Assembly: GCF_964204645.1 (NCBI RefSeq)
Contig: NC_134028.1
Span: 23,122,345 to 23,186,344 of the forward strand
Source: Tubulanus polymorphus
Taxonomy: Eukaryota > Animalia > Nemertea
Length of the DNA stretch: 64,000 bases
Reading direction: 5' to 3'
Position numbers and translations under genes: made by a program. Under the pieces are notes generated by a model. It saw nothing but the letters and a program-made list of their open reading frames with translations. It made no database searches and was not told the origin of the DNA. Below, in pieces: positions 40,955 to 52,900 of the stretch; position 1 is the stretch's first letter; every line of letters starts with the position of its first letter.

Positions 40955-41400
40955 GATGGGAGGGCATTGAGGGAGGGTTAGGTAGGAGGGCATTGAGGGA
41001 GGGTTAGGTGGGAGGGCATTGAGGGAGGGTTAGGTGGGAGGGCATTGAGGGAGGGTTAGGTGGGAGGGCATTGAGGGAGGGCTAGGTGGGAGGGCATTGA
41101 GGGAGGGAATGGGTTGGGGGGTGGGAGGGAAGGGGCGAGGGAGGGCGGGAGGAAAGGGGTCCGGGAGGGTTGGAGGGAAGGGGCAAGGGAGGGTGGGAGG
41201 GAAGGGGCGAGGGAGGGCGGGAGGGAAGGGGCGAGGGAGGGCGGGAGGGAAGGGGCGAGGGAGGGCGGGAGGGAAGGGGTCCGGGAGGGCGGGAGGGAAG
41301 GGGGGCGAGGGAGGGCGGGAGGGAAGGGGCGAGGGAGGGCGGGAGGGAAGGGGTCCGGGAGGGCGGGAGGGATGGGTTCCGGGAGGGTCAGGATGGGGGT
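40955..41400 (+). repeat. G-rich minisatellites (26-nt and 24-nt units)
   Basis: gggagggcattgagggagggttaggt repeats, then gggagggaaggggcgagggagggc repeats. Confidence 0.9.
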
Positions 41401-41624
41401 TAGGTGAGTTGAAATGTTCTGATGTTTTAGTTAAACGGATGGGAATCTAATGAAGATGAGAGAACATAAGTCAATGTTCAATCACAGGATGAAGTAATGC
41501 AGTGATCTGTACTCTGTATCTGTACACAATGTTTGTTACATGTATCTGTAACTGTTAAATCAGTATGAAATAAGTACAGCAGTTTAATCTACAGAAATCC
41601 TGTACTGTTTCTGTCTCATTGATT

Positions 41625-44600
41625 GATAAGTAAAAAAGAATTAATGAATTTCTCACAGTCTCTGTTATTGTTTTACTCTCATTTACAGGATGAGAGTACA
41701 CACTGCAGCAGCAGACCAGCAACAACAGCACCTCCAGCAGCGGCGGCGGCAGCACCAGCAGGTTATATGTTTATGTTTCCAGCATTCAATCACTCAAAGA
41801 TCACTGCTAAGTTTAAAGTGAGTTTGCAATTGTTAAAACTCATTTATGTCCTCATCATCATTGGAGTTATCAAGGTTTTTATGTTTTCCATTCAATTTTC
41901 AGTGAACTATGGAGGTTTTGGCACCCAACAATCAACCTCAAATATCGCTGGTTTATAAACATTGACGAAAATGGTAAATCTTTGATTTGGTGTGAAATGA
42001 AAATGGTATGTCTTTGATTAGGTGTAAAACAGCTCTTATTTCATAACAATTTTACTGACAATATCTAACATTTGTTTTAGGGGCTGAAATTGGAACCCTT
42101 GACAATCTGTGAACAGTAAACATTGGGAATTCACTTCACATTTGTCAAAGATGGATATCACTTTGGATTCTCAAAACAAATACGGTACCGGTAAATATCT
42201 CTACAGATTCTAGTCTCTGTTCGACTAAATTAAAAAACTCATTTCCTGATTACATATAGAAGCTACATTAATCACTGAAGGCGAATATTTTCAATCACTT
42301 CTATTCTGGTTAAAGGTCTAATCATCAAAATTATACAACTTTTGTATTCTAGGGCCCAAAGTAAAGCTGAACTTGTATTAAACATTGCGCTCCAAAAATC
42401 AAACAAGTCAGAAGTGGTGAGTTTTACCAGTATATCGATTTATTGCAGTAATTTGTGGTGATCTTTAGATCAAATACTAAATCAAGTCCAGAAAATGATG
42501 TGTTTTTGATTGGTCAATGTTGGCAGGTATCAACGCTTTACTAGAGGACGCAGTCTAAAGCTACCATCAACCCTCTCACAAATCTGCATATACTCGACAC
42601 ATTGTGATAAAGTACTCATTAACCTGGTAGGTTTTCAGAATGAAATAAATGCAATAGAATTTACTATTTTAACAGGCTCATTTAAAAGTTAAGTAAAAAA
42701 GTATTAATGAATTTCTCACAGTCTCTGTTATTGTTTTACTCTCATTTACAGGATGAGAGTACACACTGCAGCAGCAGACCAGCAACAACAGCACCTCCAG
42801 CAGCGGCGGCGGCAGCACCACCAGGCTATCTGTTTATGTTTTCATCATTCAATCACTCAAAGATCACTGCTTAGTTTAAAGTGAGTTTGCAATTGTTAAA
42901 ACTCATTTATGTCCTCATCATCATTGGAGTTATCAAGGTTTTTATGTTTTCCATTCAATTTTCAGTGAACTATGGAGGTTTTGGCACCCAACAATCAACC
43001 TCAAATATCGCTGGTTTATAAACATTGACGAAAATGGTAAGTCTTTGATTTGGTGTGAAATGAAAATGGTATGTCTTTGATTTGGTGTGAAACTGCTCTT
43101 ATTTCATAACAATTTTACTGACAATTTCTAACATTTGTTTTAGGAGCTGAAATAAGTGGAACCCTTGACAATCTGTGAAAGATGGATATCACTTTGGATT
43201 CTCAAAACAAATACGGTACCGGTAAATATCTCTACAGATTCTAGTCTCTGTTTGACTAAATTAAAAAACTCATTTCCTGATTACATATAGAAGCTACATT
43301 AATCACTGAAGGCGAATATTTTCAATCACTTCTATTCTGGTTAAAGGTCTAATCATCAAAATTATACAACTTTTGTATTCTAGGGCCCAAAGTAAAGCTG
43401 AACTTGTAGTAAAACATTGCGCTCTAAAAAGCAAACAAATCAGTAGTGGTGAGTTTTACCAGTATATCGATTTATTGCAGTAATTTGTTGTGATCTTTAG
43501 ATCAAATACTAAATCAAGTCCAGAAAATGATGTGTTTTTGATTGGTCAATTTTGGCAGGTATCAACGCTTTACTAGAGGACGCAGTCTAAAGCTATCATC
43601 AAACCTCTCACAAATCTGCATATACTCGACACATTGTGATAAAGTACTCATTAACCTGGTAGGTTTTCAGAATGAAATAAATGCAATAGAATTTACTATT
43701 TTAACAGGCTCATTTAAAAGTTAAGTAAAAAGTATTAATGAATTTCTCACAGTCTCTGTTATTGTATTTCTCACGGTCTCTGTTATTGTATTTCTCACAG
43801 TCTCTGTTATTGTTTTACTCTCATTTACAGGATGAGAGTACACACTGCAGCAGCAGACCAGCAGCAACAGCACCTCCAGCAGCGGCGGCGGCGGCAGCAC
43901 CAGCAGGTTATCTGTTTATGTTTTTAGCATTCAATCTCTCAAAGATCACTGCTTAGTTTAAAGTGAGTCTGCAATTGTTAAAACTCATTTATGTCCTGAT
44001 CAACATTGGAGTTATCAAGACTTTTATGTTTTCCCATACAATTTTCAGTGAACTATGGAAGTTATGGCACACCCAACAATAAACCTCAAATAATGCTGGC
44101 TTAAAAACATTGACGAAAATGGTAAGTCTTTGATTTGGTGTGAAATGAAAATGGTATGTCTTTGATTTGGTGTGAAACTGCTCTTATTTCATAAAAATTT
44201 TACTGACAATTTCTAACATTTGTTTTAGGAGCTGAAATAAGTGGAACCCTTGACAATCTGTGAAAGATGGATATCACTTTGGATTCTCAAAACAAATACG
44301 GTACCGGTAAATATCTCTACAGATTCTAGTCTCTGTTTGACTAAATTAAAAAACTCATTTCCTGATTACATATAGAAGCTACATTAATCAGTGAAGGCGA
44401 ATATTTTCAATCACTTCTATTCTGGTTAAAGTTCAAATCATCAAATTATACAACTTTTGTATACTAGGGCCCAAAGTAAAGCTGAACTTGTAGTAAACAT
44501 TGCGCTCTAAAAAGCAAACAAATCAGTAGTGGTGAGTTTTACCAGTATATCGATTTATTGCAGTAATTTGTGGTGATCTTTAGATCAAATACTAAATCAA

Positions 44601-45810
44601 GTCCAGAAAATGATGTGTTTTTGATTGGTCAATGTTGGCAGGTATCAACGCTTTACTAGAGGACGCAGTCTAAAGCTACCATCAAACCTCTCACAAATCT
44701 GCATATACTCGACACATTGTGATAAAGTACTCATTAACCTGGTAGGTTTTCAGAATGAAATAAATGCAATAGAATTTACTATTTTAACAGGCTCATTTAA
44801 AAGTTAAGTAAAAAAGTATTAATGAATTTCTCACGGTCTCTGTTATTGTATTTCTCACAGTCTCTGTTATTGTTTTACTCTCATTTACAGGATGAGAGTA
44901 CACACTGCAGCAGCAGACCAGCAACAACAGCACCTCCAGCAGCGGCGGCGGCAGCACCAGCAGGTTATATGTTTATGTTTCCAGCATTCAATCACTCAAA
45001 GATCACTGCTAAGTTTAAAGTGAGTTTGCAATTGTTAAAACTCATTTATGTCCTCATCATCATTGGAGTTATCAAGGTTTTTATGTTTTCCATTCAATTT
45101 TCAGTGAACAGAGCTATGGAAGTTATGGCACCCAACAATCAACCTCAAATATCGCTGGTTTATAAACATTGACGAAAATGGTAAGTCTTTGATTTGGTGT
45201 GAAACTGCTCTTATTTCATAACAATTTTACTGACAATTTCTAACATTTGTTTTAGGAGCTGAAATGAACCCTTGACAATCTGTGAACAGTAAACATTGGG
45301 AATTCACTTGACAATCTGTGAAAGATGGATATCACTTTGGATTCTCAAAACAAATACGGTACCGGTAAATATCTCTACAGATTCTAGTCTCTGTTTGACT
45401 AAATTAAAAAACTCATTTCCTGATTACATATAGAAGCTACATTAATCAGTGAAGGCGAATATTTTCAATCACTTCTATTCTGGTTTAAGTTCAAAACATC
45501 AAAATATACAACTTTTGTATTCTAGGGCCCAAAGTAAAGCTGAACTTGTAGTAAACATTTTGCTCCAAAAATCAAACATTTCAGAAGTGGTGAGTTTTAC
45601 CAGTATATCGATTTATTGCAGTAATTTGTGGTGATCTTTAGATCAAATCCTAAATCAAGTCCAGAAAATGATGTGTTTTTGATTGGTCAATGTTGGCAGG
45701 TATCAACGCTTTACTAGAGGACGCAGTCTAAAGCTACCATCAAACCTCTCACAAATCTGCATATACTCAACACATTGTGATAAAGTACTCATTAACCTGG
45801 TAGGTTTTCT
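41625..45810 (+). repeat. Four-copy ~1.06-1.08-kb tandem array with exon-like modules
   Basis: Anchor tttacag|GATGAGAGTACACACTGCAGC at 41689, 42752, 43831 and 44891; copies highly similar. Confidence 0.95.
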
Positions 45811-47502
45811 GTCAATCAAACACAAACAAGTTGCAGTTTCTATTCATTTCATTGATTATTTTCTGGCATAATTTTCTCCTTCCAGAATGCAATACACCCA
45901 ACACCAATTGGAGCTGGAGAAATTAAAAATATTCACCTTCAAATAGTGAAGAAACTCTAGTTGTTGCTGAAGCTGCTATTGTTTGAATAAACTAAGTAAT
46001 TTTCTCTATACCTGGTTCTAGCTTGGTATAAAACTTAACAGTTCAATGATTTATATATATTTATTTTCTCAGAAAATTGTCAGTTCTCGTTTCGTAATGA
46101 CTCTTGGAAGTGAAATCCTGCTAGATGGCACTGAACTAATATAATCCGATGCAACTTCAAGTTTAGAAATGGTGAGTTTTTCATCACTCCACTTTGCTCT
46201 AATTTGATAATATTCGACCATTCTGTACAGAATTTTTATGTATGATTCTCCAGAAAGAAGTGTGGTTGCTGCTGATGATGCTGATGATGCTGCTGATGCC
46301 GATTTTCTAATAGAATTTAGCACCAATATCTGACTGCTATAATTTTCTAAATACGTTGCTAATTCTTTTCATATCGTAATGATTTATTGCAGCATGAAAT
46401 TTGTCTGATAGAACAATTGGAAAATGATCAAAGATTGAATAATGGTGTTAAATTATCTAGAATTATAAGGTAATTATAAATTCTAGATTACAAAATATTT
46501 CGTGAAAACAATTCCCACTTGACTGTAAATTCAATCGAATTCAGTTTTCTCTCTTTTTCTAGGACGAAGTGGGGACCTGATATTCAATTTGACAAGGACA
46601 GGGACCAGCCATCTACCTGAAGATTGATATGCTGCTACTCATTTCTGGGATCTGCAATTGTAAAGTTTAAAGTCAAATATGTTACCGGTATTATATTGTG
46701 CTGGCCAGCATGGGCAGGTGACTGTTTGTGATAGTTTCATAGACTGCGTATCACAATCCATAAAACAATGGAGTCATCCCCTGATTCGTCTCTCAAAGCT
46801 GTTCTCATTTTTGCTAATAGAATAATAGCCTGACTCGGGCGTAGAATATATGTGATTATAACCCCGCTATATGCAAATTTAAAAGATTAAAGGCGTAATT
46901 TATTTATCAAGAATCAGAATCAAGATAATAAAAGTAAATGAAGAAATAACTAGAACAACCTATGCACAAAATAACAAAACCTCTCAACCTAAGCACTTAA
47001 CACCCTCTAGCTTTACTTTTCTCAATTAACTTGTTTTTCCCTCTCGATTTTTTAAATGTTCTAGTTATTTCTTCAAACTTGACGAGAGACCCTTTTAAAT
47101 TTGTGTAAAGTGGGTTTTGATTTTTACTGAAAATTAATCTAATTTTAGATTAAATATAGCTGCAAAGCAGTGCTAATGGGTTTTCTGCCTCGCCAATTGA
47201 GGGAATTGAGAAAACCTTAATGATGGGCTTTCTGAGATGGATCAAGGGCATGAGATAATTTACGCAGTCCATGTAACTACATTAGTTAATTTGTATGATT
47301 TGTAACTTGTATGATATTGTAAATGGACATTTTTTGTATGACTGTATAGACCCACAATCAATGAAACCAAAATGTTGAAATATCGGCAGGTTTACTTTAT
47401 TATGGGACTACATGTATAATATTTCGTGCGAACTGACATTACTGTTCTATTTGAAATAAAGATGAATTTTCTGTGTTGTTCTAGTTATGATTACTGACGC
47501 CA

Positions 47503-47722
47503 GCAGTTTCACACACTCAGCGCGTCACATCTCATCATTGTTCAGTTTCATGAAGTTTTATGAAATTAAGCTGAGGGTCCATTCGACATGGAATTGTTGA
47601 ATTGCAGTTGACCCTACGTTACGGTTATGTGAAACGGACCACGTAGACCCGGTTCATGAACATAGTTTAACTGAACTGAACTGAAGTTACCGTACTCGCC
47701 ATTTAAAGTGTGTGAAACTGCA
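47503..47722. mobile_element. ~220-bp MITE
   Basis: gcagtttcacacact ... agtgtgtgaaactgc, 15-bp TIR. Confidence 0.6.
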
Positions 47723-47725
47723 AAG

Positions 47726-47883
47726 GGGTCATTCATTTATTACGTACGCATTAGGGGAGGGGGTCAGTGCAATTGCGTACTGTAATGCTTAATGTATATG
47801 GAAAAAAATGGCCCATTTTGCGTACAGAGGGGGAGGGGGTTGGAAATTTCAAATTTTATGCGTACGTAATAAATGAATGATCT
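47726..47883. mobile_element. PIF/Harbinger-like MITE
   Basis: tcattcatttattacgtacgcat ... atgcgtacgtaataaatgaatga perfect TIR; second copy at 18380. Superfamily assignment is tentative. Confidence 0.75.
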
Positions 47884-48301
47884 CAAACCGATTGAACCCT
47901 TTGAAAAACTGAGATAATGTAGAAATTAATATACGCCTTTTTTGAGACATGTAGATCAGGATTTATACCCTGGCATGCAGTTATCATTCTTACCCTGGCA
48001 TGCGATGATTCATTGATTCTCGCCCTCTTCAATACGATGCTTATAGTCAACCCCTGATTTATATAATAATATACCGCCAGGTTTTCTTAGTGTATATCTC
48101 GAGACATACATGGTAAAACATCCCCCCCCCCACCCAAATATACAGCCACACTCTGGTACTAAAATCATTTGATCTTCATGGTGTTTGGTCTAATCATGGC
48201 TCCAACCACCCCCAATAAAATTATCAAGCTGCTCCAGTCTAAAATGCATCTTTTATTCTTCGTCGTGGCTATTTCAAATCAACGACAGTAATTCCAACCC
48301 C

Positions 48302-48525
48302 AAATTAAGAACTTATAAACGCTTTGAACTAGAAAAATACATGTATATAGTTTCGAACTCTTTCCTTGAAAGACGCGAATTTTCCAAACTGCGTCTCGGT
48401 TCCCATACGCTTAGAATCTAGACGGGGCGTCAGGCCATTTTTAATGGCCAATGAAAGATTTCGCCTCCACTGTACTGATAATAAAGTCGTTGAGGACGAA
48501 TCTCACTTTTTACTGTTTTGTGTTT
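48302..48525 (+). mobile_element. Degenerate RTE-X-like LINE C-terminal zinc-knuckle region
   Basis: KLRTYK..ELEKYM..RREFSKLRLGSHTLRI*TGR, frameshift, then ERF..HC..VEDESHFLLFC. Confidence 0.7.
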
Positions 48526-48868
48526 AAGTTCGTCCTGCACCATTTTGGGCGGTATGGGTTGACTGTATATAAATACTTTCTCAAAAGGTGGTGCGTTACT
48601 TCTGAAAACAACTATTAGACGTCATTTACGTTTTGAATTTAAATGTCTTCCTAAAATAAATGAGCAATTAACATTTTTTAATAGAATGCGGAATAAATAG
48701 ACAAATCTTATTGGTCTTTCGTTCGTTATTTAAACATTTTTTCGAAAAAAGCTAGAATATGCGGGGATCGAAACCGAGGCACCCTGCTCTTCCTCTATTC
48801 TGCATCAGGACCACCAGTAGTTTTCTACGTTTGAACCTGGCACATCGCCTAGTTTATCAATGATGCTA

Positions 48869-49105
48869 TGATCGCCATCTATTGGAATTTGACCGAACCG
48901 ACTAGATAGCTCTTATTTGTCTCACTGACGTTTCTTCACTGTGCTGAAATCACACTCGCCATCTGGTGGATATAGCCATCATTAAACTGTAGTAGCATAG
49001 AAATCCACCAGATGGCGAGTGTGATTTCTGCACATTGAAGAAGAGTCAGTGAGACAAATAAGAGCTGTCTAGTCGGTTCAGCCATATTCCAATAGATGGC
49101 GATCA
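48869..49105. repeat. 237-bp near-perfect palindrome with four CTCF-like motifs
   Basis: Arms 48869-48971 and 49003-49105; motifs CCACCAGATGGCGA and CCAATAGATGGCGA on each arm. Confidence 0.85.
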
Positions 49106-49916
49106 CGTTAGAAATCTTGATATCCAAGCCGTCGGGCACCCCTCTATATCTTCAGGAAATGGAAGCATGACAACTAAGGTTATTTATGTTTTAAATTTTA
49201 ATGTTGCTGTTTTGCGTGCGTTATTTAAACATTTTTCGAAAAACAAGCCAGAATAGGGATCGAACCCGGGCACCCCTGTTATCCTCTATTCACCGTTAGG
49301 GACACACTCTGAATCAGTGTCATTTATTACCGGGTTTGAGCAGCGTCGTCGTAGAGGGTATTTGGCTCGGATATTCATAGTCATCCATTAAAGTACTCTG
49401 GAATATTATGTCTAAGTCGAAACTTGGTGAATCTAGGGGTTACACTTCCCCGGTGAAACAAACGCACAGTCGAAACGTGAAAAAGAGTCCCATTTTGATT
49501 CGATTTAAATTTTAATAAACAGGGCCAGAAACTAAACGCAAATAAAAAAAATTGATATTGTATAATAAAAAGTAGTTTAAACAAATTACGTAATACGTGT
49601 AAACTTACAGTAGTTTTATAGGAAAATATTACGATCTATGTCGTACTACAAGGTCTAGCTGGACTGAAGAAATTACCAGAATTTCTGTTATGAAATTCCG
49701 ATGTATTTGTCTTATTTGTCATATTTTGTCTAATTCCTAGCACTCTTTAGTCATACGGACTTCGAATAATTGCCGTTAATGAATTGTGATCATTTATTCT
49801 GGATAGTCACAGTTGGTTAGCTCCGGTTGGTTGCACCCACTATGCGGATAGTCAACCCAGGCAAGCGAGGACGAAAGTGAACACAATTTGGTCAATGTTC
49901 CAAACACTGCTGCGCG

Positions 49917-52900
49917 ATGGCGGCGAATTTGCAAAATCAAATTCAGCAGCTCCACAGCGCCGTAACGAGTGGCAGCTTAGGCAACAATGCTGATGTCATT
50001 CATAGTATCATCGGTGATCTGGGGCACACGTGTTTACAAGATATTAATCATAAAGAAATCGGTAAAACACCCGAGAAACCCCATCGATCAATTAAAATCC
50101 AAATTAAAACTATATTCCTCCAAATAAACTGTCCCATGACGCCGGGTCACTATAAAAAAACGAACTACGCTCACGCTATTCCGATCAGATGTGGTTAAAA
50201 CCTTAATATCCTATAGAAAGACTCCCTGAACATAGACACTTTTATACGTCCAACCACAAATACTGACAATACTGTAGAGTTTCAAACAACTGTCCTGTCT
50301 ACAATTCTAAATCTTATTATAGTAACGTTCCCCAACCATTTGAGATGTAATATCGCACGAAATGCAGGATTAATCATGGAAATATCCTGTTTTTGCAGAT
50401 TTTGCCTGCTCCTTACTGTTTGCTAAAGACAATGGGCTGCTGTCCTCTATCAGAAAAGTTGCATTATTGGACCAGGTATCTTCGCCAAAGATGAAATTAT
50501 TTGTCCCCGCCCATTCTTTCATGCCTGTGATGATAGAATGATTAGGGGTTATTTCAGTTTGTGTTTCATTAATCTAATCATCCATAATATCTACTGACAG
50601 AATTCCATAAAATAGACCCTGTCCTCTATGTTTGTTTTTCAGTTTCTTGATGCCAAACATTTGACATTGGAAATATTGCATTCCTTTATAAACAAAGTGG
50701 AAAAGAAGATTCTGCCATATGCAGTAGACATAAAGGTATACTTGCTTACTTACTGACTGACTCTACTCCTGTTGGAAAACGCCCTTTTTCTTTCGTGAGG
50801 TAGTCAAAATTGGACTCTGGACCTGCCTCTCTTGACTCAGAGAAACCTTTTTCTTAACGTATCAATCATCTGTTAAGCTGGTTCTGTGAAATAATTGACG
50901 CTGAATTCATACCATGTACAATGTTTCTAATGCAACAAGTATAATGTATTGTAGGATGCGTGTTTATCGCTATTCAGGGACCGCGCGTCTAAAGTGAAGA
51001 ATGCTGTATTTCCAGTCCTGATCAGGGTAATTTACGATCTCTTCATTCGGTGATATATTCATAGAAAACCAATTGAGATGATCATTAACTGAAGACAGAA
51101 GTATATTGAGGCGTGTTTGTCGTTGATTTTCTTAGCTTTTAGAATTGACCGCCGGATCAAATATCGGTAAAGAATTAGATATTGCGAAACTGGTTGAGAA
51201 GTTTTTCATGGAGCTTAGTGGTAAGACCAAACATACATCAACAGGTAGGTATTGTAATGACGGTACATGTTGTCTAGTCCGGTAATATTATGATATTTCA
51301 ATGTTTAGATCACTCTTTATTTTCCAGTGAAAATGGGTATTTTCGCTTTGCTCGGAATGTTTGCTCAAGTCTTTCCAGAAGACATGATCAACTATCACGA
51401 AAAACTATTAGAGATCTACATGAGAGCTCTTAAAACTGAGGTACCGCATGAACGACTACTTCTGAAAAATGTTATCAGTAGTGTTTATGTAGAATAAATC
51501 TATGAGATGAAATCTACCTGATCCAATTTCAGATGACTTCATCCAAGAAACCGGACATGCCGATCATAACTGGTTGTTTTCGAGGTTTAACATCATTACT
51601 AGTAAACTTCACGCAGTCAGTCGATGAAGGTAAAGTCTTGATCAATCAGCGAATTATGTATCTCGATCTTTCGTAGTTCCCTAGTCCATCTTTTTAAATC
51701 CGTTTGTTTAGGGTCGAAATATTCGTATGATATTTTCAACTATACTCGTAAAGCTATCAACCCACAAATACAGATTACGAAATACGACGTCATACGAGCT
51801 GGTTTAACATTGTTTTCAATGCACGGAGCGCAGTTTAATACTTACATGATCGACAGTTACGAGGTACAGTTTACAGCATTCGAATCTGTATTGAAATATC
51901 TGTCCGGATTCTTATTAATCTGACATTAAACGAATATTGGTTTCATTTTATAAGATGTTCAGGTTCTAGTTGCACAGCAGGGGTGGATTCAGAGCTATAT
52001 ATTAAGAAAGATTTGTCACATCCCAAAAGGGCACTTCGAGGACAATAGGCAATATCGTGTGTAAGGCTACTCCCACGCTGAGGGGCTGATTTTGAAGAAC
52101 GTATCACAGCCTAAAAAGCACACTAAGGCAATATTAGGGACACTACCATACTGAAATACATCGATTATCTCTGTTGGCAAAATAGGAAAGGGCACTAAAA
52201 TTTGATGGACTTTTACAAGGTCTCAAGGCTCAAAATTGATTTGAAGGAAACAAATAATCTTAGGATATAGCTGTTGTGCAAGCGTTCTATGGTAGACGGT
52301 CGAATTTGAGGTGAATCTTTTTATTCTTAGGGTCTTTATGAACAGCTAACTTTCTGGGCGACTCACAATAACAGAGATGTGGCTCATGTAGGAATGAATG
52401 CGCTGGACTCATTTCTCAGACAGGTCAGATTCATTATATATACTACATATTAGTCAATTTGTACAGTACGGAATTAATTCTGGTTATCGGCATTTACAGA
52501 TATCTGATATGTTGGTTTCACAAGCCGAGGAAGGCAAAAAAGACGGCGCAACATTCCAAGTTAGTTCGAGAATTATAGCGTGTGGCATTATTTGAGCATT
52601 TTGCTTCATAATCGTTTACTTCATTCGCGTAATTAATGATATTTCAGTTTTTCATTCAACAATTCTGTGATATAATGAAGAACAAAGATTCGAGCTCGAA
52701 AAAAGTATCGTTAGCAATCCGTGGATACGGCTATTTCGCGGCTGTAAGTAAGCCGGACAAAGTATCAACCCTTTCGCCCATCATCCATCGATTTAAGGAA
52801 TAACTATATACTGTGATCTATTTTTGTTTTATTTCAGCCGTGCAAATTATTTCTCACAAACGACGACGTCAAATTCATGTTCACTGAGATGATTCAACGA

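Larger units (their letters stand above)
36762..41598. repeat. 4.8-kb block bounded by ~200-bp inverted repeats
   Basis: 36762-36960 is the reverse complement of about 41400-41598 with scattered mismatches; no target-site duplication seen. Confidence 0.85.

Noticed and set aside
41097-41450. RGG/GR-rich and REG-repeat ORFs
   Set aside because: Translations of a G-rich minisatellite open in all frames; no splice or start context.
50524-50600. C/D-box snoRNA-like pattern (GTGATGA ... CTGA with a ctg/cag stem) in PRKDC intron 2
   Set aside because: The CTGA lies in TACTGAC about 45 nt from the acceptor and is better explained as the branch point; no rRNA/snRNA guide recognised.
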